Shown here one piece after another: positions 9,901 to 19,900 of a stretch of 64,000 bases of DNA. Below the pieces are notes generated by a model, which made no database searches, was not told the DNA's origin, and worked only from the letters and a program-made list of their open reading frames with translations. Made by a program: the position numbers and the translations under genes. Location of the stretch: NCBI GenBank assembly GCA_963924565.1, contig OZ004611.1, forward strand, positions 29,574,001 through 29,638,000. The letters run 5' to 3'. Each line of letters starts with the position of its first letter. Within the stretch, counting starts at the first letter, position 1. The stretch is from Ascidiella aspersa. Lineage: Eukaryota.

Positions 9901-11644
9901 GGTGGCCGAGGTTCTTGTTAGAGGGGTCAAAGCTCGCGCCGGTTGCGGATACAGATTCGATTGCGCTCCTAATGTCTTTTCCCAAGTGCTGGCATACGCT
10001 GACGACGGGTGTCTCATCTCGAGCTCGAGGTCACAGATGTGCGAGCAGCTGAAAGTGTGTGAGGACTTCGCCGGCTGGGCAGGTATCCGTTTTAACCCGA
10101 AAAAATGCCGCATAATGAACCAGGTGCTGGTTGGAAGTCGCCGACAACGGGATCCGCAGCCTTTCTCGCTCTCGGGCGAGGAGGTCAAGGTGATTGGTCT
10201 GGGCGAATTCTACCGCTACTTGGGAGTGCGGCAGGGATACCTTCCTGACACTCGATCGAACACCACCCTCGAGTTGTCTGCCGAGCGAATCAAGCGACTC
10301 TTTGAGTCGCCCCTCACGCCACACCAGAAGCTGCTGGCACTGAAGCGATTCGAGCTCCCCCGTCTGAGCTTCATCTTGAGGTTGCGGCATTTTCCGGTAA
10401 AGGAGTTGAGGAAGGTGGACTCTACGGTGCGGCGTTGCGTGCGCATTTCACTCCGCCTCCCAACACGAACGTGCGTGGCTTTTTACCACACGTCAGCAGA
10501 CAGCGGAGGCCTGGGGATCCCGTCGATCGCCGCCGAGGGCGACATACTGGCGGTGACACAGGCCTTCAAAATGCTGACAGCACCGGACTGGCGGGTGCGC
10601 GCCGTGGCCGTGGGTCGACTCGAATCTCTCTCGAAACGGATGGCCAAAGCTGAAAGTGTCGATGCCGGTGCGATGGCAGCTTTCATATCAGGGGGCAACG
10701 TCAGTGGTAACGGGTGCGGAGCGGGCGGAAGTCTGGAACGAGACTTGTTTACGTTTGTACGCAAGGCCTCGGAAAGGATCGATGTTCAATTCGTCGCGGG
10801 CGCTGACGGGCAGTTTTCTGTGACGTCTGGTGACAAGACGTTATCCCCCAGCAACCGGGCAGTATTTACCAGGACCCTCCACGCCTTACAATCAAAGCGT
10901 TGGAGGGAAGTGTGGGCCAGTCATCCAGACCAAGGTAAGACCGTAGGGGCCCACACCCAATACGGTTATTCGAACCACTGGTTGAAGAACCCCGGGGCTC
11001 TGACTATTCCAGAGCGCATTTTCGCGATGAAAGCACGCCTCAACCTCCTTCCTGTCAAGAAGGTTCGGGAACGATTTCACGGGGGACAGTCAGACGTTAG
11101 GTGCTGCAGATGCGGCAGTTCGGCCGAGACACTTCCCCACGTACTCAACCACTGTGTTCCCGTCATGCCCCAAATCCTATCTCGGCACGACGCCATACAG
11201 GGGGAAGTGTTGCGCCACGTACCTTCAGGGACCTTCACCAAGGTTTCTTGTGACCGAGTTTGCCGGGAGCACGCCGATGCCACGGGTGAGAACCTCCGGC
11301 CAGACTTGATTGTCGAGAGCGCCGACAGGTTCTTAGTCGTGGACTTTGCGTGCCCTTTCGAAAACGGCCAAGTTGCCCTTACCGCTGCTGCGGCCCGTAA
11401 GCACCAAAAGTACAGGGAGTTGTGTGGAAACTTGGCCCGTGTTTCCAAGAAGCGAGTCCTTTTCCACACCTTCATCATCGGCTCCCTGGGCAGCTATGCT
11501 CAAGGCAACAATTCCACCCTCAGCGCCTTGGGCATCACGGGCCGTCGTATGACGGAGGTAGCCAGAGCATGCTCAGCTCTGGCTATCAAGGGTAGCCACC
11601 ACGTGTGGCAATCTTGGTGCAGGGGGATTGTTACCAAACCTTAA
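6929..11644 (+). CDS. Retrotransposon protein (1571 aa from first ATG): 5 N-terminal zinc fingers, reverse transcriptase, CCHC knuckle, PD-(D/E)xK restriction-like endonuclease
   Basis: RT motifs NWRPISI, QKGF, WLDVKNAFGSI, GVRQGCPLS, YADD, FNPKKC, YRYLG; CRCGSSAETLPHVLNHC; RHD; RPDLIV..VVDFACPF..KHQKY. The track's 6767 start is a GTG inside the AT-rich repeat. Confidence 0.95.
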   Translation: MNVQPPRRRLRPAVRSRADQGTASSKPTKDAPSQEEAPPLSVTFRGPGDSVFRCGVSGCSMVSAALQSVKRHLASVHGLAVGVLDAACGKCSASFRSRGSLINVRDHYRACGAVAPAAAPRTPRAFCCPVCDSRWPSLVAAKSHHYQKHPGGPSRNNNSFVVAPGLLSPRRSIKQRPFTLNVRYVDAATTYKCPVPACPKGNDGYARVRTLKTHLSTCHKINNVLLRVVCGKCECVVADKAMSLLPASSHFKSCSGSGKPPSIPVPILPPSPANHSVGEDSDSSTVGKVPSLIFYQSKASINTTPPSDSEFLYGHVSPPSGSSHCSSVTLISPIATVAPVLSYADAVRTPSPKLSQIDLVTPPNLPTVGIQNSFSAECVDPYQPSEVSSVINATSPSGPPSFTLLRSWLNTPCTGSTRRVPVEIPQISPSRLARLAVTIRDHYRSRVNVATGVSPDPKPPKASVFLSGETPGREVVKVKEGPPVQGGWTDRPTQQLLVSNLLSAGELDQATSPPEVVEPCVAEATVAGAGEVSAAGNCPSPEPVPGAPERPAVKTRCEWEALLPSSPPVSDQVPVPVVGDVSHRSPVASSENASSSLPVRCNVNDPPLTDPSNDDLRARLAHVIDAHSSPDSFGELEHALEEWTKLAGSVDITRKQRKPRYNRGAQHRATTNRERGHPNKTTIPVKGAAAKGQCLRSAFWRDQRATVRRITDGLKGEVKCGIAPRVIEEKFRADLKAPGAYEHLEPVPSWMRATTGGGDASSGASGGVDSAPISPREVEMVLQSVNTASAAGSDGLSYGFWKALDPRGIVLAELFERCRIARRIPAQWRKSKVTLICKDPGGDLDDVSNWRPISICRNLYKLYAAVLARRLQRWALDGGVISPEQKGFMPVEGTFEHVFVLDSAWVDARQAKKDIFVAWLDVKNAFGSIRHDCIRSIMDELQVPDYLIECVADIYVGNTCVVRTAGGVTNEIPVGRGVRQGCPLSGLVFNLVAEVLVRGVKARAGCGYRFDCAPNVFSQVLAYADDGCLISSSRSQMCEQLKVCEDFAGWAGIRFNPKKCRIMNQVLVGSRRQRDPQPFSLSGEEVKVIGLGEFYRYLGVRQGYLPDTRSNTTLELSAERIKRLFESPLTPHQKLLALKRFELPRLSFILRLRHFPVKELRKVDSTVRRCVRISLRLPTRTCVAFYHTSADSGGLGIPSIAAEGDILAVTQAFKMLTAPDWRVRAVAVGRLESLSKRMAKAESVDAGAMAAFISGGNVSGNGCGAGGSLERDLFTFVRKASERIDVQFVAGADGQFSVTSGDKTLSPSNRAVFTRTLHALQSKRWREVWASHPDQGKTVGAHTQYGYSNHWLKNPGALTIPERIFAMKARLNLLPVKKVRERFHGGQSDVRCCRCGSSAETLPHVLNHCVPVMPQILSRHDAIQGEVLRHVPSGTFTKVSCDRVCREHADATGENLRPDLIVESADRFLVVDFACPFENGQVALTAAAARKHQKYRELCGNLARVSKKRVLFHTFIIGSLGSYAQGNNSTLSALGITGRRMTEVARACSALAIKGSHHVWQSWCRGIVTKP

Positions 11645-12820
11645 ACCATCCTTTGCAAGCGCAGACTGGCACCACACAAACACAAACCGGACGATCACGG
11701 CGGCGGGGCATCAACTTAACCGCAAATAAACCAGCTCACCAGTACGTTCATCAATCAGCCAACAACCCAGCCCACTCACCACCCCATCACCTCGGAAAAC
11801 TTCAGCCCTTTGACCCCAGCTCTATCCACGCCCCGCCGCCAACCCCTCCTCGCACTCCAATGTTAAAGCTGGCCTCCTCCAATCAAAACCCACTCCTGAT
11901 AGTTTCGCCGAGGTGCTCCCAACTCTTCAACCGCGCGGCAGCCGGGGACCAACTCTCCAAACACTTTAACGTTCCAACGTTCGTCTATCGTCCCCGGCCA
12001 ACACCTTCAACAGTTCCGCCCGCCACACCAGTCGAATCATCGTCAACGGCAAAAGGGCGGATGCCGCGCGGTCAACACCTCACCTCTTCACACCAATGGG
12101 GCCGGCTAGGAAGCCTGCCCCCGAACTGTCTGGCACCAACACTGGAGCACCTCGGCCCCCCAACCCACACGGAGGCCAGCAGGCCGGCGCACGTCGCCGA
12201 CCCACTAATTCGCACCATCCCCACCCGGTTTGCACAACACTTAGCTTTTAAATCTTTTTTTTTGTCTTAGGTAGCTCGTTTTTACACTTACTAGCAATTA
12301 AAGCACTTACCGCACTTAAACCTCTTTCAAGTTTTAAATGCACCCCCCTTTTTTTATATATATGCAAAGTTCCGAACTATTTTTTATATTTACATTGTTT
12401 TTAAATATTTTTATACCCACACCCCGTGTACTTTTTTCGCCACCCTCACCCCTTTCCACTCACTAGGCACACTTCCAAAATATGTATCTAAATTACACAA
12501 TACCATACCCGAGCCCAGTCTGCGCCAGTCCCTCTGTTCCTCCTGCGACGTCTCCTGCAAGCCCTACCATCGGCAGGCCCCACAATTCACTTAGCTTATA
12601 ACTTAACTAATCTGGCCCTAACTTTTTTAAATTTACCTTTTTTTCCACAGTAATCATCAATCTTAACCAAACCAAACCCACAAATTCTATCACCCATCGC
12701 CGTTACGGCGGTGGAGGCCGAGCGTGCAACGCACAATACTTATTGCCGGCGAAGCCTGTTTATATTGTCGTTTTCGTGTTTTATCGCCGTCAACACAATA
12801 AACCGGTGTACAGTCAAAAG

Positions 12821-12970
12821 TCTGTTCTTCTCAGTTTAATACCTGGGACGCAAGCGATTCGCTTGCTCTTTGTATTAACCTGATTTTTGGACAGGGAGCA
12901 CGGTGCCGAAGCTTGCTTCGCCCTGCTCACGGGTTGTCCTGGTATTGCAGTACCTCCAGGCACGGCCCAC
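12821..12970 (+). pseudogene. U2: 3' part of interrupted U2 gene
   Basis: Starts TCTGTTCTT (U2 nt 41). Confidence 0.93.
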
Positions 12971-13209
12971 ATTCCCACACTGTGGGAATTCCTCTTCATC
13001 CAATTGAAAATTTGCTTCTTGTTTTGAAAAAAAGAAGCAAAACATAAATCGATTTTTCGAGCGAAAATTGAAAAGAAAAATGGTGACCGATCGGCCAAAA
13101 ATGACAAATTTTGTTCCTACAAGTTGATGCGGGGGGCTTATGGGGTAGCTATCCACAAAGAGTACGGGCGAGTAGTCGAGTAGGGCCTCGGGAAAAATCG
13201 TCACAACTC

Positions 13210-13374
13210 ATACTTACCTGACGGGGGTCTTTAACCGTGATCACGTAGGCGGTTGGCCCAAGGCGAGGCCTTGCCATTGCACTTCGGCTTGGCTGACCCT
13301 TGCGATTACCCCAAATGCGGGTAACTCGGCCGTATAATTTCTGTTAGCGGGGTGTGCGTTCGCGCAAAACCCCA
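13210..13374 (+). ncRNA. U1: U1 spliceosomal snRNA
   Basis: Copy of 1561-1725. Confidence 0.97.
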
Positions 13375-13507
13375 TACAAACCTTAATCAGTTCTGAAAAA
13401 GCTTGGAAACGGCAAGAGCCGGTCGTAGCTGCAAAACGCTGAAAGAGCAGGAGGAAATTTTCGGGGGGCGTCTTCCGAGTAGCGTCGGCAGAATCGAGTA
13501 AAATGTC

Positions 13508-13556
13508 AAAATAAGGAACGCTTCACGATTTTGCGTGTCATCCTTGCGCAGGGGCC

Positions 13557-13596
<40 letters not shown>

Positions 13597-13613
13597 ACTG
13601 CCGAAGCAAGTAC
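13508..13613 (-). ncRNA. U6: U6 spliceosomal snRNA
   Basis: Copy of 1859-1964. Confidence 0.97.
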
Positions 13614-13973
13614 AATCGTTTACCAACTTTTTTCCTTATCAACGACCTCGTCGAAAAACGCCGACTCTTTGCGGAGAAGACCCGAATCGCCCAGCCAATT
13701 GATTTAGATGTGTCACGATGACGTCGGCAAAATTTCAATAACTCCTGGCCAGAAATCAAAGGCCAGCTAAAACGAGAGTCCGACTGCCAAATTCTCTTTT
13801 CAATTCTTTTCCAATTGTAATTCGTCGTGTCGTTTTGTCGAAAATCGCTTCCAAATGCACTCTTTTCGAGAGACGGCAAAATACGTTTTCGCTTGCCAAA
13901 TCTTTCCACGGCCAACCAGCAAGTCTTGGGTAAGGCTGAGAGTTGTACTTCTTCCTGACTGACCCCAAACTTT

Positions 13974-13990
13974 ATCGCTTCTCGGCTCTT
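13974..13990 (+). pseudogene. U2: 5' 17 nt of interrupted U2 gene
   Basis: Same junction as 4711-4727. Confidence 0.9.
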
Positions 13991-16900
13991 CAGAGACCTA
14001 ACATTGGTGGTATACGAGCCTCATCCACGAGTTAACTTTGCAACTTCAATCGGGAAGGCAAAGAGTGAGCCCCTTCAGCTGGCCAAGTTCCTCGTAAACA
14101 GATTATACTTGTTAGGCGAGTTCCCCCGGTTGTCGTGTGGTATCGTAGTCACGTTCCTCGACTTGGAGCCCGACGACTCTCTTTTGAGAGCGTGAGGCAC
14201 AGATACTGGTTTGGAGCCCGACGACTCTCTGTTGAGAGCGTGAGGCGTAGATACTGGTTGGAAGCCCGACGACTCTCTGTTGAGAGCGTGAGGCCTAGTT
14301 TTTACTGGTTGGGAGCTCGACGACTATCTGTTGATAGCGTGAGGCACAGTTTTCGTCCCCCGGTTTTCAGCGGCTCCTACGCGGCCATCCGCGCGCTCCG
14401 CCCCGGGCCTCTTCAGCAGCGGAGCTCCCGGCATTTTTTTGCCGCAGCCCTCACCCGCACTCCACCGGAGGTCCCTGCAGTTGCCGGTGTGCCATCCGGT
14501 GTTTGCTGCCCAGCTCTTGGCCTCACCCCACCGGAGGTCCCTGCAACGTTGGCCAGCTCTTCGGCCCTCTACCTCCAGTGTTCGCCGACCCCCACCGGAG
14601 GTCCCTGCAGTTGCCGGTGTGCCATCCTGTGGTTGCTGCCCAGCTCTTGGCCTCACCCCACCGGAGGTCCCTGCAACGTTGGCCAGCTCTTCGGCCCTCT
14701 ACCTCCAGTGTTCGCCGACCCCCACCGGAGGTCCCTGCAGTTGCCGGTCTGCCCTCTAGTGTCCACTGGTCGGCTCTCCACTGTACCCCACCGGAGGTCC
14801 CTACAACTTCGGCAACTTTGTGGTGCTCTACCACCAGCGTCCAGCTACCCCCACCGGAGGTCCCTGCAACCTTGGACAGCCCAGCGGTCCTCTAACACCT
14901 GCACTCCGCCTCCACCACCGGAGGTCCCTGCACCTGCCCGCTGCTCTTAAGCCTTCACAACCGGAGGCTGTCGCAGCCGCCGGTCTGCCGTTTGTGCACC
15001 AGTTCCCGACCTTCACAACCGGAGGCTCTCGCAGCCGCCGGTCTGTCGTAAGTTGCTGTACCCGCTGAAACCAGCCACCATCTCAACTGCGCCTCTCCCC
15101 ACTCCATCTGCTCCCAACCAGCCTCACCGTCTCACCATCCGCTTCCAACCCATCCGCCTCAAAACCAGTTCTACCATCTGTTCCAAACCAGCCTGCTCAT
15201 CCATCTGCCTCACCGCCTCACCATCTGCTCCAATCGCGACAACACCACCGAACGTGACTACGATCCACATCCATCTTCACCACACGACAACCCACTACCA
15301 CCTACGAAGAACTTGGCCCATCACCACCAGCAGCCCTTCACCCCTAACTCGCGGATTACACTCTGGATTAATACCATCAAAACACAAAGGATTATTCCAC
15401 CTTTCATCGCTCTCAATCATCGCCGGATCCGACACCCTTCCCCCCCTGGTTGGCCCACATCGCCGGTCTCCTTCTAAACAAGTATTTTAGCATAACCTTC
15501 TATCCTTTTTGGCCGAGAAGCACCTAACTTTAATTTAATTTATCATACTCCCCCTCGGTTATATCTTTTAATACCCTCCCCCCCTGCAACTCAAGCAATT
15601 TTAATAAGGACTCGCGCCGGCTCTAAATTGTGCTTCCTCGGTCCCTCTACCAGTTTTATATCTTACCTTTTTATTATTACATTACATACATTTTACTACT
15701 ACATATTATTACATATTATTACATACGTCTCGCTCTTTTACAATTTTACTGTGCCACGACTACTCGCAGACTTATATTTTACCTTTTTATTATCACATAT
15801 TATTACATAAATTTTACTATTACATATTATTACACATTATTACATACGTCTCGCTCTTTTACAATTTTACTGTGCCACGACTACTCGCAGACTTATATTT
15901 TACCTTTTTATTATTACATATTATTACAAACATTTTATTATTACATATTACTACATATTATTACATACATTATATTATTACATATTATTACACATTATTA
16001 CATACGTCTCGCCCTTCTACAATTTTACTGTGCCACGACTACTCGCAGACTTATATTTTACCTTTTTATTATCACATATTATTACATACATTTTACTATT
16101 ACATACTACTACACATTATTACATACGTCTCGCTCTTTTACAATTTTACTGTGCCACGACTATTCGCAGACTGTACACCGGTCCCAACGTCATGAACGTT
16201 CAACCACCGCGTCGCAGGCTTCGCCCAGCAGTTCGTTCACGCGCGGATCAGGGGACGGCATCATCCAAACCAACCAAAGATGCCCCATCGCAGGAGGAAG
16301 CCCCACCCTTGTCGGTAACGTTTAGGGGGCCCGGGGATTCCGTGTTTCGGTGCGGGGTTAGTGGCTGTTCTATGGTCTCGGCAGCGCTCCAATCAGTCAA
16401 GCGCCATTTGGCATCTGTACATGGCTTGGCTGTTGGAGTGCTGGACGCGGCCTGTGGGAAGTGTTCCGCTTCCTTCAGGTCGCGTGGCTCCCTCATTAAC
16501 GTGAGGGACCATTACCGTGCCTGTGGAGCAGTCGCCCCCGCCGCTGCACCGCGGACTCCTCGGGCCGTTTGCTGCCCAGTCTGCGATAGTCGCTGGCCGT
16601 CTCTCGTAGCTGCCAAGTCCCACCATTACCAAAAGCACCCGGGCGGGCCGTCACGCAATAACAACAGCTTTGTGGTGGCCCCCGGTCTGTTATCACCTCG
16701 GCGTAGCATTAAACAACGCCCCTTTACTCTGAACGTGCGCTACGTCGACGCGGCTACCACCTATAAATGCCCCGTGCCGGCTTGCCCGAAAGGTAATGAC
16801 GGATACGCTAGAGTCCGAACATTAAAAACCCACCTCAGTACTTGTCACAAAATTAATAACGTCTTACTTAGGGTAGTATGTGGCAAGTGCGAGTGCGTCG

Positions 16901-19900
16901 TCGCCGACAAGGCTATGTCCTTATTGCCCGCCTCTTCGCACTTTAAATCATGTTCTGGCTCTGGCAAACCCCCGAGCATCCCGGTGCCCATACTCCCACC
17001 CTCGCCCGCGAACCACTCTGTTGGGGAGGACTCTGATAGTTCTACAGTTGGCAAGGTCCCTTCGCTGATCTTCTATCAGTCGAAGGCTTCGATAAATACC
17101 ACCCCGCCCTCGGACAGTGAGTTTTTGTATGGCCACGTCTCTCCCCCAAGTGGGAGTTCTCACTGTTCTTCAGTAACGCTAATTTCCCCCATCGCTACGG
17201 TTGCGCCGGTGTTGTCGTACGCCGATGCAGTCCGTACGCCATCTCCAAAGCTGTCACAGATAGATCTAGTTACCCCACCAAACCTACCAACCGTGGGCAT
17301 TCAGAATTCCTTTTCGGCAGAGTGCGTCGACCCTTACCAGCCTTCCGAGGTTTCGAGCGTCATCAACGCGACCTCACCATCTGGTCCCCCTTCGTTCACG
17401 CTCCTTAGGAGCTGGCTAAACACTCCTTGCACCGGGAGTACCAGGCGCGTTCCGGTAGAGATCCCGCAGATCTCTCCTTCTCGCCTCGCTCGACTGGCAG
17501 TTACAATTAGGGATCACTATCGTTCAAGGGTTAACGTCGCCACGGGGGTCTCGCCTGATCCGAAGCCACCGAAAGCGAGCGTGTTTCTCTCTGGAGAAAC
17601 ACCTGGCCGCGAAGTGGTGAAAGTGAAGGAGGGGCCGCCAGTTCAAGGAGGGTGGACGGATCGTCCGACACAGCAACTTCTTGTGTCGAACCTTCTTTCT
17701 GCCGGAGAACTGGACCAGGCTACATCACCTCCCGAGGTGGTGGAGCCGTGCGTTGCCGAGGCTACCGTTGCGGGAGCGGGGGAGGTGTCGGCGGCAGGGA
17801 ACTGCCCGTCGCCTGAACCCGTTCCGGGCGCGCCAGAGCGACCGGCCGTGAAGACCAGGTGTGAATGGGAGGCCTTGTTGCCGAGCAGTCCGCCTGTGTC
17901 CGATCAGGTCCCAGTACCCGTGGTTGGAGACGTGTCCCACCGAAGTCCTGTTGCAAGCTCTGAAAATGCGTCAAGCTCATTGCCTGTTAGATGTAACGTT
18001 AACGACCCACCTTTAACCGACCCCAGTAATGACGACTTGAGAGCTCGCCTTGCGCATGTAATTGACGCCCATTCTTCCCCCGATAGTTTCGGCGAGCTCG
18101 AGCACGCATTAGAGGAGTGGACCAAACTCGCTGGCTCTGTAGACATTACGCGTAAGCAGCGCAAGCCTCGATACAACCGCGGTGCTCAGCACCGTGCGAC
18201 CACCAACCGCGAGCGCGGCCACCCCAACAAGACAACCATACCAATAAAGGGGGCGGCCGCCAAAGGGCAGTGCTTGCGCTCAGCGTTCTGGCGAGACCAG
18301 CGAGCTACGGTTCGCCGCATCACGGACGGGTTAAAAGGGGAGGTCAAATGTGGGATAGCTCCTCGAGTCATCGAGGAGAAGTTTCGCGCCGACCTTAAGG
18401 CACCGGGGGCGTACGAGCATCTCGAGCCGGTACCAAGCTGGATGCGAGCCACGACGGGAGGGGGAGATGCGTCATCGGGGGCTTCTGGCGGTGTGGACTC
18501 TGCTCCAATATCTCCGCGCGAGGTGGAGATGGTTCTCCAGTCCGTTAACACTGCTTCGGCGGCAGGATCTGACGGGTTGTCCTATGGCTTTTGGAAGGCT
18601 CTAGATCCCAAGGGCATCGTCCTTGCGGAGCTTTTCGAGAGGTGTAGGATCGCTCGTCGGATTCCCGCGCAGTGGCGTAAGTCGAAAGTCACTCTGATCT
18701 GCAAGGATCCGGGCGGCGACCTCGACGACGTCTCGAACTGGAGACCCATTTCCATCTGTCGCAACTTGTACAAGTTGTACGCGGCGGTGTTGGCGCGGCG
18801 TTTGCAGCGCTGGGCGCTCGACGGTGGCGTTATTTCTCCTGAACAGAAGGGTTTCATGCCAGTGGAAGGAACGTTCGAGCATGTTTTCGTGTTGGACTCA
18901 GCCTGGGTAGATGCACGACAGGCGAAGAAGGACATCTTCGTCGCCTGGCTCGACGTCAAGAACGCCTTCGGCAGTATCCGTCACGATTGTATTCGTAGCA
19001 TAATGGACGAGCTTCAGGTTCCTGACTACTTGATTGAGTGCGTTGCTGATATCTACGTTGGTAACACGTGTGTCGTTCGCACGGCGGGTGGTGTTACCAA
19101 CGAGATACCAGTAGGGCGAGGGGTACGCCAAGGCTGCCCCTTGTCCGGCCTCGTATTCAATCTGGTGGCCGAGGTTCTTGTTAGAGGGGTCAAAGCTCGC
19201 GCCGGTTGCGGATACAGATTCGATTGCGCTCCTAATGTCTTTTCCCAAGTGCTGGCATACGCTGACGACGGGTGTCTCATCTCGAGCTCGAGGTCACAGA
19301 TGTGCGAGCAGCTGAAAGTGTGTGAGGAGTTCGCCGGCTGGGCAGGTATCCGTTTTAACCCGAAAAAATGCCGCATAATGAACCAGGTGCTGGTTGGAAG
19401 TCGCCGACAACGGGATCCGCAGCCTTTCTCGCTCTCGGGCGAGGAGGTCAAGGTGATTGGTCTGGGCGAATTCTACCGCTACTTGGGAGTGCGGCAGGGA
19501 TACCTTCCTGACACTCGATCGAACACCACCCTCGAGTTGTCTGCCGAGCGAATCAAGCGACTCTTTGAGTCGCCCCTCACGCCACACCAGAAGCTGCTGG
19601 CACTGAAGCGATTCGAGCTCCCCCGTCTGAGCTTCATCTTGAGGTTGCGGCATTTTCCGGTAAAGGAGTTGAGGAAGGTGGACTCTACGGTGCGGCGTTG
19701 CGTGCGCATTTCACTCCGCCTCCCAACACGAACGTGCGTGGCTTTTTACCACACGTCAGCAGACAGCGGAGGCCTGGGGATCCCGTCGATTGCCGCCGAG
19801 GGCGACATACTGGCGGTGACACAGGCCTTCAAAATGCTGACAGCACCGGACTGGCGGGTGCGCGCCGTGGCCGTGGGTCGACTCGAATCTCTCTCGAAAC

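Larger units (their letters stand above)
4728..12820 (+). mobile_element. Full-length Utopia-like (NeSL/R2-group, RLE-type) non-LTR retrotransposon inserted in U2 (copy 2)
   Basis: Flanked by U2 nt 1-17 and U2 nt 41 onward; single RT+RLE ORF; ~2.2-kb 5' UTR, ~1.2-kb 3' UTR; no TSD. Insertion just 3' of GTAGTA is the known Utopia target site. Confidence 0.93.

Noticed and set aside
11605-12270. 221-aa ORF in the 3' UTR
   Set aside because: GTG start, C-rich low complexity, no motif; present in all copies only because they are near-identical.
6906-12815. DNA transposon defined by the 14-bp inverted repeat
   Set aside because: No transposase or TSD; the enclosed ORF is an RT-RLE protein and element homology extends beyond the repeat.
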